From contig NC_043012.1 of assembly GCF_006345805.1 (NCBI RefSeq), positions 18,352,001-18,416,000 on the forward strand: a DNA stretch of 64,000 nt. Direction: 5' to 3'. Both the position numbers and the translations under genes were made by a program. Shown one piece after another: positions 39,361 to 54,340 of the stretch (its first letter is position 1; each line of letters begins with the position of its first letter). Under the pieces are notes generated by a model. That model ran no database searches and was not told the origin of the DNA. It saw nothing but the letters and a program-made list of their open reading frames with translations. Origin of the DNA: Octopus sinensis (lineage: Eukaryota).

Positions 39361-39810
39361 AAAGTAAATAAGATAATAGAGATAATTAAATTAATAATAA
39401 TTCCCTAATTACAAAATTGGAATCATATCTGTTAGCTGTTTCGCTGCAAGACTTGAGAAATTAATTAGTATAATTAGTGGATTTCTCTCTAGCCTCATAA
39501 CACAATAGTATGAAAATGTAAGGGTTTATCTTTTACCACCTCCGGTATTTTTAATTATAATAATAAATTTCATAAGTCTTGAATCGAAACAGCTGTTGGA
39601 GGTGATGTCGAATTTTGTAAGTAATAAATAATTATTGATTTAGTTAGCTTCATTTTCTTATTTTCTTCAAAATATATATAAAGCCTGGTTTATCCAAGTA
39701 CGTTAGAGTTAGATATTAAATGTAATATTCAATAAATTTTGTAATAGGTAATAAACGAGTATATTCATTGGATTTTATATCCCTTAATGAGTTTTTAACC
39801 CTGAAATGTA
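39361..39810. mobile_element. Inverted pair of PLE pseudo-LTR-like fragments between (TA)n tracts
   Basis: AAGTCTTG..GAAACAGCT occurs on the minus strand (~39434-39455) and on the plus strand (~39575-39594). Confidence 0.55.
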
Positions 39811-39822
39811 CTTATTTATATA

Positions 39823-39861
<39 letters not shown>

Positions 39862-40840
39862 CTTACACACACACACACATGTATGTATGTAGGATATGTG
39901 TATGTATGTAAATATGTATGTACGTATGAATTCAAGAAAGCATGCATTAAGTAAGCTTCGTGTATCTGTGAGACGTAGGCCAACAAGAAAATACAAAACT
40001 ATTAAGTGGAACAGCGTACAAATCTCCACAGCATAGATTATTGAAGGTTCAAGAATTACATCACCGAACGAATACGTATACTTCTTTAATCTATGAGCTC
40101 TGTCGACCTACGGAATTCTCATTTTAAGCATTTTCACTAAATGCATAATATAGTGAACTCTCCGAAACAATCATATAGTTATATTAAATATAACTTTTCC
40201 TTGCCGCATTAACAGGCCAAAGAGAAAAATTTCTTATATGCATGCATTTTGTCACGTTTCGTTCATTTCTTCTCCCCTCTATCGCATTCTCTCGTTGTTT
40301 CGCATAAACCATCAATCTTGCAGGCTGAGTCCGAAACATCCCTGCATAGCGCACAGAGTGCTATACAAACACCTCTATAGAGATTACACACTCACTCACA
40401 CACACGCAAACTATTTTATTTGCGTACGTATGTATGTATAATATATATATACATATATATATATATATACATATATATACATATATATACACACACATAC
40501 ATAAATGTCTCTCTCTATATACATATGTGTATATATATATATATTTACACACACACACACACACACAACACACACACACATATATATATATATATATGTA
40601 CATGAATCTATGTATGTATATGATCTCAGCTTCATGAACGAGTGAATTTTGTAAATCAGGCAAGCTTGGTTAACTCGGGTTTATGAAGCTAAAATCAAAC
40701 GAAGCGATTATATGACCTCTCATGGAAACTCTGTGTGTATGTCGTATACAGTAATTGAGTGTTTGTGTCACAGCAGGCTAATTTTTGTTGGTTCAAAGGA
40801 ATTTCACTTTCACGTTAGCTATGTATATGTACATATATGG

Positions 40841-40899
<59 letters not shown>

Positions 40900-40970
40900 A
40901 CCACATACGCACACACACACACACATATATATATAAATTATATTTAAAGTAAATATGTATATATATATAT

Positions 40971-41023
<53 letters not shown>

Positions 41024-43149
41024 CATACATATATTCATGCATGCACATATATTTCTGTATACATGCATTTATGATGGAGAGACATGGATATATGCATTCT
41101 ACACATATGTATATGTATACACATTTATGCACTTATGCATATATGCATACACACACAAGCACATATATATGTGTGTATACAAGTGTTACTTATACTTTCA
41201 AAAGTAAAACGCACAATGTACAATTTAGTAACATAGCGGCATATTTTATTGGTGATATGGTTATTAGTACGTTGTTTCATGTCTTAATTAGGGTTTAATT
41301 ACACATCCATTTTAATAGATTTAATTACCCAGCGCAAGTTTTACAGGTGTAATTATATCAAAAGACACATCAGCGGAGTGATGTTATAGCTGGAAGAGTG
41401 CTGATGGACTTAGCTTATTTTCTGTTTTCCTTTCATAGTACGGGAAAAAATCATGAAATATAATTCCATTAAATTTAAACATATTTTACGTTGTATAAAT
41501 GGTGGATGAGAATGGTACCTAGAGAAAACGAAATTGAAGGCTAATATAAAACCTAATAGAAAAAGGAACAGAAAGTATATCCATATTCTGACCTAGACTT
41601 AAAGCACGCGTTTGAAATTTTCGAAAAAATTTTAAATTCTCTACAGGAACGTTTTATGAAAACATGTTTTACTTATATATCTATGCAACTCCATTCCCCA
41701 CGCTACATTTCAAATTTATGGGTCCTACCATTTCCCATTATGCAGCTAATCATTAAACTATTTTTCTGCGGCAGGTATATGCCGGCTTACATGTGTGTGG
41801 CTCAGCATTAACTTTTATAAAGTGAATGATATCTACGCTCCGCGTCACGTTACAAATCCAACCATTTTCTTCGTATTCCCACGGATTATTTCTGTATTTT
41901 ATAGTCTTTTTTAATTAATACAAGTTATTTATTTCAACGATTAGTAAATTTGGATATTCCTCACTTTTTCAGTGTCTACAGAGGAAATATCTTATATTCT
42001 TCATTCAAACCATGCAGCACAGTATGTTATTCTTTTCAATACTCAGTCCAATATCTGTTTAATAGTTTATGCATTAGTTATACTCTCTATCTCCATTTTC
42101 CGCCCACCTCTCTCTTCATCTGTATATACATACATACATACATATATATATATATTGTTTTGTCTTGGGTGAATCCTTATACCTAGACACAACAAAATTT
42201 GCATCAACACACGAATTTACAATTTACACAAACAGTCTTGCACACCAGATACAAAAACTAAATATATGTGTGTGTATGGGAGCGTGTATATGTGTGTGTG
42301 TGTGCATAGATATACACATGCACATACATTTAAAACTTGCACACACTTATCCTTGATTGTGGCTACATCATTCACATTACTGTTATATCCTGTGGTTTCC
42401 TTTCTTGGTGGTTGAAATATATATATATCAGATGCTGAATTCGAATTCTCCGTGTATAGTCGCTTCATGCTGCGAAATTATACATATATGCATCTGTCCT
42501 ATTACCATTACTTGATTAAATCGATTCTCTAACAGCCTTATCTGTCCAATTATAGGACAGTTCTTTACATGCTTTGAAATGATAAAATATATTGCCGCAT
42601 ATGTTTTCCAACAGACTAATAAAGTTGGGAATGATAATGACGATGATGATGATGATGATGATAATCTGATGATGATGATCAAGATGAGGATGGTGATGAT
42701 GGCTACGATGATGATGACAACTAATGTCGGAAGAAAGTAAAGTGAAAATAAAACATCAAAATAGAGTTAATATAGTACATAGAGATATACTGAAGTATAT
42801 ATACAAATATAATATAAAATTTATTCACTTCATGTTCAAATATAATCTCGCAATGGCCGGGAAAACTGTCATAAGCAACATATTGGCATTAATATTAATG
42901 AATGTAATTAAGATTAAGAAGATAATTTTAATTACCATATAGTTAACCATCTGTAGAATGTAAGCATCTTACACAAAATATGGCACTTGCTCCTGTGCCC
43001 CGTTGCGTTGAAATTTTTTAACTGCCAAATAAAAGAAGGAAATTCGTCTCCCAAACTGCATCAACGTTTATGTGAAATTTATCTTGCAGAATATTCGAGG
43101 ATAGTATCAAACATCGCAAATACTATGCATCATTGTACACCAGAATCAT

Positions 43150-43654
<505 letters not shown>

Positions 43655-45323
43655 ATTAGACGTAATTATGAGGTACGGTGGTTCCGAGAGTAGATCGATA
43701 GTGTCCGAGATCGAATGAGTAAACGTGGTTCATCGTTCCACAGTTGTATAAAATAACCAGTAGTTATTATCAGGTTCACATACACACAAACGCTCACAAA
43801 CATACACACACACAAACACAGAAACACACTCAGATACACTTACAGACAAACACAGACACGGATAATCACAGAGACACATAGACATGTGCATATACATATC
43901 TACATAAACATGGTCGCACACAAACATACACACATAAACACACACGTGTATATGTGTGTATGTGTGCGTGTATGTGTATGTGTATGTTTGGAAAAAGTTG
44001 TAACTATGTCCGGTAATGTAAGTATGTTATCATTCGTGATATTGAAGCATGTCCATAGGAATTTATGCGAATTATATATCCTGATGATATTGAATTCAAG
44101 AAAGACTTAATAGAGGGAATCTTGAGTGGAGATAATGATGGTGATATGACCAACATACTTGTAGGATCCTACAAAGATATTGATGTAATATCTGGCAATT
44201 ATGCATCGATAACTAGAAGAACAAATATTACTTAAAAGGAAAATACATTTGGTTTCTGAATTCGCGAAAGAGAATCCGTTAAATCTACTTGTGTGTTACG
44301 CATTGAAATTTATTGGTTGCTTTTGTTAAATATACTCCAATTGTTGTTATTAGTTAACGCATAACGGTGAATGACCGAGTGGTGCCTGAATATATCAGAT
44401 TATTGAAATAATTTTGAAATATTTTCCAATCAGTAACATCGAGTGCTTCCATCGTCTTTCGTTGAAGAGTCATATTTAAATTATTGCTCCTTTGCAACTT
44501 TCATTAACTTTATATGCATTCTGTAACATCATGGCTAGTCATCTCGTTTCACGGCCAGCCGGTGGTGTTCGGGATTCCTCTACTTTTGAAAATTGCGCAT
44601 TTTCACTTCACCGTAGAAAAAGCAATGTTTTTGCAATTGAGTTTGTTAAACCACTTGATAATTTACTCGTGTTTATCATCGAAATTATTAATGGTAGTAT
44701 CCTTATTCATAAGAAACCAGTAGTGACCCGTACCGGTTAAAATTAATCTATGATAGTACTAAATTCATGGTTGCCAAATATGCTTTTTTTCCTGGTTTGA
44801 TAAATGTTATTTAACGTAATGATCATTACACCGAGCCTCTTATCTTTCAAGTTTATCTTTTATGTTTCAAGTTACATTAAATGATATCTGTCTGAAAATG
44901 AAACAAGAAATGCTGCATATGCGTGTAGATTCATGTTGGACATCGGTTCGTGTGTGGTTCAATGCACGATAGCCTGTTTTAGTGTCTAATTAGGATTTGA
45001 CAAGCGTAAAAGCATTAGTACGTACATCATGCAAAGTCGTGAAATTCTTTTTCCTTGCGTGATTGTATGATTGGGCTGAGAAATGTTACACAATGGAACG
45101 CGGATTAAAACGATTTATGATGCGGCTTCAACAATTGAAAGGAAATAAATATAACTTGTTTGGGTGTTTAAGCATACATTTGCGAAATAGAGGGTTTTAC
45201 AACTAGTAGAATCTGTTTGAAAGATTCCTGATGTGAAATCGTGTGTTGAAACAGATATAGTGTGTTGTATTTTGGCTAGGTCATTTTCTTCTCTTGCAAA
45301 ATAAACGTACACACACACACACA

Positions 45324-45407
<84 letters not shown>

Positions 45408-45422
<15 letters not shown>

Positions 45423-45660
45423 ATGTATGTATATATGCGTGTGTATACTTTCGTGTATCTGTGTTTGTTCCCCCTAACATCGCTTGGCAACCGATGCTGA
45501 TGTGTTTACGTCCCCGTAACTTAGCGGTTCGGCAAAAGTGACCGATAGAATAAGTACTAGGTTTGCAGAGAATATGTCCTGGGGGCGCTTTGCTCGACTA
45601 AAGGCGATACTCCAGCATGGCCACAGTCAAATGATTGAAACAAGTAAAAGTGTAAAGAGT
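45408..45660 (+). mobile_element. SINE family 1, 3' half only
   Basis: Begins in the TA/TG tract; CCCGTAACTTAGCGGTTCGGCAAAAG through the CCAGCATGGCCACAGTCAAATGA tail. Confidence 0.88.
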
Positions 45661-45663
45661 ATA

Positions 45664-47294
45664 CTAGCAGAGGTACCAGGTGTTTCCCAGGAATGAAATT
45701 GTTCCTCATATATTGGAAGAAAAAAGCAAAATATGTTGTATACTAAATTGTTATTCTAAGTTCAATTTATTCTTCAATTCGGATACAATTGATTCTTTAA
45801 ATAGGAAATCAATTCTGAATTCATAATACAAAATATATATATATAATTAAACAAATTAAAATAGAAAATGTACCACTTATATGAAGGGAAATACATTCTA
45901 TCACGTGCTGAAGGAAATTGCGTAAGAGCTTCTGGGTAAACAAGATTCTTTATTTTCTGGTTTGGAGCTCAGAAAAATAAGTCTTTCAAACTACCGACAC
46001 TGGAGCAACCAACATAAATTTGACCACGAGAAAAGCAAGGCTCAATTAAGTTCAATCCAGTAGATTTCAGCCTGATTTTTAGCTTTATTAATAGACACTG
46101 CAAAGCAAAGACGCACCGCGAATTGTACTCGTATGAACTCAAATGGCATGTCTGTTGGTTTGACTGGAAATCTTGGAAAGAAACCGCTTCCCCCATGTCA
46201 CATCCAGTGAAGTTGGAAGCCTCTATTATATTAGTTGATAATACCTTCACAATAAACCTTGTCAGGGAGATCTAATTTTCTTAGAAGTATTATTAGGAAC
46301 CCTACCTTCAGAAAAAATTTTATGTGGAGGAGTTCCATGTGGCTCAAGAGAATTAAAGAACTCTGTTGTGGGTAATGGACAGCTTCAATTTCATCAAGAA
46401 CAGAATCAAGTGATTTGTATTCCTTAATGACTGTTGGAATCTTATTCATTAATTCATGGTTAATCCTCGCTACTATCTCATGTTTTGGAGTAGTAATTGC
46501 CCTTACACACAACCATTTATGTGAATTATAATTATAACTTATCTGGAAATAACCTGATCTTGAATTCAGTTGGGGAATTTACCATAATAGCAATATGAGC
46601 CAAACTAATATCATAATTCCGATCAAATGGTGCTTCGTTGCCGCTTACGTCATTCTCTTATAATATTACTACCAAAGGAGGACAGCCTAATTATAATTCC
46701 TTCTGTTTTTTCTAGAAGTGCACGTTCATTCGCGTGTTTGCCACAAGCAATGCCTTCAAGGTATTAGTGGGTACCAAACATCGGTAATACAACCGTTTCT
46801 CCACCACAAGACATAGTGATGGTTTCTCTTCCCCATTTCTCAATTAAAAAAAAAACTGCACTCTTTTGACATTGCTCCGATATCAATAGCTATATCTCTG
46901 TAGAATAAACATGTTTTGGATCATAGTTAAAAGCTGGTCTTTTTCTAGTCCCCTTAAAAAGCGTCTTGACAAATACTTCTTATAGAAACATACGGAGATC
47001 CATAAATGCTACAAGCCAAATATATTATGTAATCTTACAAGGCAAAATAGAACCATTGGCATAGATGTATGGCCATCTGGTAAAAGCAATCAATTGTTCT
47101 AAAATTACATACAAACCGTGTGAAACATTTGACAAGGTTTTCTAAAATAAACTATGCTTAAGATACGGCGGACGTGTTACTGCTGAAAAATTATTAATGA
47201 TGCACCTGCTCAACGAATGCAGTCGTAGCAAGAATGTAAGCAGGTATGTGCTCATGTTTGAATGTACATAGTAATGTATAAATATGAGAATAGA
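45664..47294 (-). mobile_element. Internally deleted Helitron
   Basis: Pif1 helicase C-terminal motifs RAITTPKH...KEYKSLDSV..EAVHYP, LKVGFLIILLRKLD, PCFSRGQIYVGCSSV. N-terminal AFNYDP...IGAMSKEC...MSCGGETVVLP (~46935-46782). Termini A|TCTATTCTC...decayed hairpin...CTAG|T. Confidence 0.85.
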
Positions 47295-47300
47295 TATCAA

Positions 47301-47470
47301 TATAGGCGCAGGAGTGGCTGTGTGGTAAGTAGGTTGCTAACCAACCACATGGTTCCGGGTTCAGTCGCACTGCGTGTCATCTTGGGCAAGTGTCTTCTGC
47401 TATAGCCCCGGCCGACCAATGCCTTGTGAGTGGATTTGGTAGACGGAAACTGAAAGAAGCCCGTCGTATA

Positions 47471-47566
<96 letters not shown>

Positions 47567-47790
47567 TTGTGTTTCTGTGTTGTCCCCCTACCATTGCTTG
47601 AAAACCGATGCTGGTGTGTTTACGTCCCCGTCACTTAGCGGTTGGGCAAAAGAGACCGATAGAATAAGTACTGGGCTTACAAAGAATAAGTCCTGGGGTC
47701 GATTTGCTCCACTAAAGGCGGTGCTCCAGCATGGCCGCAGTCAAATTACTGAAACAAGTAAAAGAGTAAAAGAGTAAAAGAGAGAGAGTA
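47301..47790 (+). mobile_element. SINE family 1, full-length young copy with (GTAAAAGA)n tail
   Basis: TATAGGCGCAGGAGTGGCTGTGTGGTAAG head, internal (TA)n(TG)n, repeated GTAAAAGA tail. Confidence 0.95.
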
Positions 47791-47844
47791 ATACACACAC
47801 ACGCACTCACATACATGTGTGAGAGAAAGAAAGAGAGAGAGAGG

Positions 47845-47893
<49 letters not shown>

Positions 47894-50546
47894 ACAATGA
47901 ATTCATCACTAACTGCACATGATGCTGCTTCTCCTTCTGTTAAAAGTTTGTTATTCCTGATAACTGTTTAGAACAAAATGCACTCAGTTATGAGCATTAA
48001 ATATTTCGATGTTCAACATAGTATTCCGAAGCAACAATCCCATGGTGTGAGCAACGTGCCGTTCACTCTTATACTTGTGACCCTAACATACAAAAATGAC
48101 TATCCAGTGTTGTCTTCTCGTAAAATTAGGAAAGACATGCCACTTTGATTCAAATGAACTCAAGAACGTGTCGTTGTAAACTCTTTTCAAACGTGATATC
48201 AATAAAAAGCAAATTATGTTCAGGTATATCTAGAGATGAATTTCGATTCAAAATTAATATGTAGCTTATTAATATTGTTGTTAGATTCTTACATCCACTG
48301 CCTGGATAGTAAATATAATGCACATTTTCAAACACATGATCAATGCTCAATGAAGAATATTTTATTTGGAGTCATATTGCCTGAAGCGGCTAAATAAATA
48401 TACATCAGGCAATACATTAAAGCAGGTTATATTTCGTCATCAGTACTAAACTGAAAAATAAACAACACATATTATGGCCTTACGTGTACGTCGCGCTGAA
48501 TTTTACAATAAACGTTATAGGAAAAGAAAACCATCTTAATAGAAAACAAATAATGTCATGTGACAAATATTGAACTATTAAAAGATATGAAAAACAATTC
48601 CTAAAAAAATGAATATAATTACAACATGAGGATTAAAATCAATGAGCGTACCATATCGATCGCATATAGACTGAGCGGATTTGCATGTTAGCATAGAGAA
48701 ACATGCGGATAATCTCGATCTACAAAAGATTCTGTGAATACAATATATCCCATTGTTCCTTGCTTTTATAACATTTAAAGATTATATAGACAGTTTGAAA
48801 CAATGACATATATTAACGAACTTTTCTCAGCCTCATATAAATATTAGGCGAAATTTATGAAATTATTCAGTATCATCTTAAAAACGTAATTAACAATGAT
48901 GACCACTATTCCTTCAAGTGTTGATGGGTGTCTTTAAGCATAGCTCGGTCTGATTAGAATTATGTTGGGTCTAAAACAATAATAGTATGTACGAGATGGA
49001 GATAAATCAAAACATTCTCCGTATTTAATGGGAGTTGTAGTGTGGACTTTTTTGCGTTGTCTGATTGTGCGATCGAGAGATTAGCTGCAGGAGAATTCTA
49101 TAAACTAAACCTTATTCAGAATTATCTGCCACGCATACACGCACAAAGAAAGAAATAGTGGAGAGAGACTGGCATATTAAAAAAGAAAGTAGCTTTGGAT
49201 ATAAAAAACAAATTTAAATTTTACGCGCAAAACAAGAGAAATGCGATTGCATTATTTCAACCGTAGTATTATATAGCTACATTTTGGAAAAGTATGTTAA
49301 AGCTTTGGTTCAAAGACTATGTGAGTGACTTTCTGGGGGAACTCAAGATTTGAGTGCTAATCACATATGCATTCACTTTACAATTTTAATGTATCGGTTA
49401 TACTCGGAGGTGGTTTCTCGTCCTCTGTATTGTATTTTCAGGCCTGTTTATTCTTTCAGTCATACAATATAGACAGACAAAGTCACGTGCTTTACAACCT
49501 TCAGTCTTTCAAGGATAAATCAGTATTGATCTGTCAATTTTACCCTCAATCACAAATACATAAACAGCATACGCACACACTTATACACTCGTACACACAC
49601 AGGCACACACTCACACATACGCACACACCATATACGCCTTTGAGATCAAGCGGCTTCGGGTTTATTATAAATATTGTTTGCTTAAAATGTAGAGATGTTT
49701 ACTAGCAAAGAAATTTATGATTTGAATAGTGGTTACCGATATATATCTATACGAAATTCCATCGATCTCAAAGAGTAAAGAATAACATTTTTCTTGAAGG
49801 ATTTGAAATCAGAAGCTACATCATGACATATTTAGATCGAATATAACTACACTAGATGAAGAAAAAAATATATTATAGATTCGGAGAAAATACTCTGTCG
49901 AGAGAAATCAAATAACGGGGGGATAAATACTACATTGCGATTTTAATTCACATTATTTGAAATTGAATGCAATTCCAGTGGTGATTAACATGTAAAAGGT
50001 CTGGGATATTCGTTGAGATTGACAGGTCTCTTGTCGATAGTAACAAATCATTTCTATCAAACATCGATGTCTGTCGCGCCGAAAGAGCAAAAAACAAAAA
50101 ACGTGATGTGAGCTGTCGCATGACCTGCTTTCGTGTTTTTTTTTACACCAACAGCATTGAGATTATATTCTCTCTCGCCTAACAAAAGCGGCCACCCGGC
50201 AAACTAGCAACACACACACCTCGTGTATGAGTGTTCAACTTCATTTGTACACCTCGAGCTGCTTGTAATTCATATTTGAATAGATGTGTATGTATGTATG
50301 TGGTGTGTGTGTGTGTGTGAAATATATGCTTGTTCAACCATGTAGTTGGTGAGCGAGGCATCTTATATTTCTACCTTAAAACTTACCTTATGATCCTTAT
50401 AATGGTGGATTTTTGTGATAATGTAATCTCTGAATGCTTCAATAAAATGCTGCCGAAAAAGCTTTATTCTTCATCTAATACATACGCACACGCACACACA
50501 CACACACACACACATACACACAAACACACACACACACACATACACA

Positions 50547-50602
<56 letters not shown>

Positions 50603-50621
50603 AGGAAAGTTTACGAAAATG

Positions 50622-50927
<306 letters not shown>

Positions 50928-51716
50928 TAACACGTGTATTAAGACAATGGTCATTCCGGGTTTCTGAATCAATAACATAATATCTACATCTAGCTGTTTG
51001 ATGCGAGGTTGGACATAGGAACACCTGATTAGGGAGCGGTTTTCTAAAACAAACAACCATACCTGACCAGCTATACACCTTATATTTTTGAGTCTGGTAT
51101 AACAGACTCATATAATGTAATTTAGATATTTGAATTTGTTTTCCTAATAACAAGATAAAAGAAATATGATGTCCCTAATGAGTATTTAATGTAATGTTTA
51201 TTGTTAGTAATTTTGCTTATTGATTGAACGTAAAGTAAAATATTTAGTCCGAATCATTCTCAAAAAAAGATATTTATGTGATATTTAAAAAGGATATTTA
51301 AATCAAAGTGAAAATGATCAGTTCGAAAAGCGATATCGAAAACATTTACATATTTAAGTAGAGAAATTATAATGATTATAGTGGATTCAGGCATGGCTGT
51401 GTTTCGTGTTCGAGTCCTACAGCGCCGCACTTTCCGACTGAAGCGTTAGTGCGTGGATATGACAGATGGTAAGCAAAAAAGGGTCCCATCGTACATTGAT
51501 ATATTTACATATACACACATCAAATGAGTCACACGATTCTATGAATACATATATTAGACCATACACACATACACAGGTACACAGACACACACATATTCAC
51601 TTACCTACATGTATATGAATGCCAACTGCAAGAGATCGACTTAAGTTGGACTGAAACAATTATTGTGTGCAATAAGTTTTCTCGATACTACATTTCCGGT
51701 CTTAATCTTTTATTTC

Positions 51717-51776
<60 letters not shown>

Positions 51777-51892
51777 TTCAAAACAGTTTGATTGAAATTC
51801 GTCGATGCTCTTGAATTTCGAGCGTGATGCTATTCGTCAGCCATTTTGATTCTGAATGACAAGTTGATTGTTATTATCATAAGGTGGACTGC

Positions 51893-52074
51893 GATTGGTC
51901 AAGGCAAGTCACGCTTGATGTCGGTATATGGGTAGCAGTTAGTTGGAAAATACCGCATGTTGAACTGGAAATCGGCCGCGTGGTGGTGAGGAAATCGGTC
52001 AGGTTCTTGAAGAAGAACTGTTACCCATATACCAACATCAAACCGTTACACCGCGTGACATTCCTCGACCAATC
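51893..52074. repeat. Imperfect inverted repeat (48- and 59-bp arms, 75-bp spacer)
   Basis: GATTGGTCAAGGCAAGTCACGC-TTGATGTCGGTATATGGGTAGCAGTT pairs with AACTGTTACCCATATACCAACATCAA(11 nt)GCGTGACATTCCTCGACCAATC. Confidence 0.88.
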
Positions 52075-53934
52075 CGAGCCCGTGTATGTTGTGTGTGTGT
52101 GTATGTCTGTATTTTCTACACAACTGATTGAGAAACGATGTTGGCTTGTTTATGTACCCGTAACTTACCTGTTTAGCCAATTTGATTGATAGAATTAGAA
52201 CCAGATTATAAAACTATGTATTGAGGAAGATGTAATTGACTTATTCCTCGTTGCCCTGAAATTGCTGCTCTTACTTGAAAATTTACAACCAGTATTATCA
52301 CTCATGTCCCGATTTGAGTTCTCCGTACAACCTCGGGATTGATGTATATAGTATCAGACAAGCATTGGCCATGTGCCTCTTGTTGAAGGCAATATTGCAC
52401 CCAGACTTAAATTCACGATATATCTGAATCGCTTATTTTTTCAAACAATCGTTTTGAAGAAATAACTGGCATTCCATTAACTCCGTTCCTAGGTTTTACA
52501 ATATAAATTCATATAAGGAAAATGTCCATCATTGTATACCTTTCGACGACAAGTCTTGATTTAAAAACGCTTGTCAGCATCAGTTGTTGTTTAGCTACAA
52601 TCAAGCTTTTATTAAATATGCATATAACCAAAACATTTCAAACTTTTACATTCGGTAGACGTAATGCCTCTTAGAGAACATAGTTTAATGCCAGCTTACT
52701 TTGCAAACACCGTAGATAATGATTAAAGGGAAATTTGAACGGATATGTGAGGGAAAGAAAATACTAACACGTAATTCTGCGCATTTAATATATGAAATAT
52801 ACTCATTTTAAATAAATGACTAAGATTTTCTCAGATACAAAGTTGTTCAAGGTGATATTTAAGTGATATAAAATGATAAATGCGGCATAACTGACCTGGG
52901 AATATACTTAAATGAATAAGATAAATATTGTGGTTCGATAAAGATTGATATGCAGTGTGACTTACTAAAAATATTTTCAAGTATTTGAAATTTCCCTCTT
53001 AACGGGAGAAAGAAAATAAAAACTTTGTTAGCAAGTGAAAGAAAAGTGCAGGTAGTTAAAAAGAAATTATTATTTTCATAAATATATGTTTATATGATGT
53101 GGGAAAATGAAATCTTTGTTAACAGAAATACTGACAAGAACGCATTCTTGTTGGTCTTAGTAGACACTGTAGGCGAGATATTGTCAAACTTAAATCAGGA
53201 TCGTCATTTCACATGTGATAGTTGTTCATATAGAAATAGCGACATAAGGTTTTTCAGCTTTTAGAAACAATGGCCTAACTAAAGAAACTCTAGTGGGAAA
53301 TTGACTTGAATTCAGATACGTAGCTTGAGGATAAGGCATTAAATGACAGATGGAAACACGAATGACAGACAATATCTCATTAAAATAACATAGGTTTTTG
53401 CCATAGAGAAAGTAAACCGAAATCCGAGTGCTAATTGCTTGAGATTCTCAGATAAAATGAGAAGAAAATGATAATGATTAAAACCTGTCACGCCGTATTC
53501 TCGCTATAGCTGGAATAAGTTACGCGTCATATCTGCAGGATACCCGGTAATGTGGTAATGGACAACATACGTAGAAAAAGATGATGCTGCGCATTCCGTC
53601 CATTAGTTTGTCTGCAATCGTTACTCTTGAGCTGTATATATAACAATTTCTGTTTACTTTTTCTATTGCTCAGGAGCCCAATTGGAATGAAAAGTTAAGC
53701 ATGGGGCCCCAGATCCAAGATCTGAGTGGTGTAAGAATTGAATGTTACTTTCTTAAATTTGCATCGGACCAAAGACCTCAAAATAAATGCTTAATTTTAT
53801 TCGTTTAAATCTTATCGTTCTTCCTCAGAGCCCAAGTAAGCGTTAATGAACCAAACGAATAATCAAAATTCTTCATGTGATGATCAGTCCGTCCTTTCTG
53901 CTTTAAGGCATGGTGCATATTGCATGGATGCTAT

Positions 53935-54340
53935 TATTTTCTTTTCTTTTAGTCTTTTATTTGTTTCAGTCATTTGACTGTGGCCATGCTGGAGCACCGC
54001 CTTTAGTCAAGCAAATCGACCCCACAACTTATTCTTTGTAATCCTAGTACTTATTCTATCGGTCTCTTTTGCCAAACAGCTACGTTACGGGGATGTAAAC
54101 ATACCAGCATCGGTTCCCAAGCAATGTTCGGGGGACAAACACAGACACACAAAACACACACACACACATAGATACGCTGGGCCTTCTTTCAGTTTGTGTC
54201 TACTAGATCCACTCACAAGGCTTTGATGGGCCCGAGGCTATAGTAGATGATATCGCACAAGGTGCCACGCAGTGGGACTGAACACGGAACCATGTGGTTA
54301 GTAAGCAAGCTACTTAGCACAGAGCGACTCCTGCGCTCAT
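53935..54340 (-). mobile_element. SINE family 1, full-length copy
   Basis: Reverse complement of the 47301-type copy along its whole length. Confidence 0.93.

Noticed and set aside
47301-47380. Functional tRNA genes at SINE heads
   Set aside because: Only A/B-box-like motifs are present; there is no complete cloverleaf, and each head continues into the SINE body.
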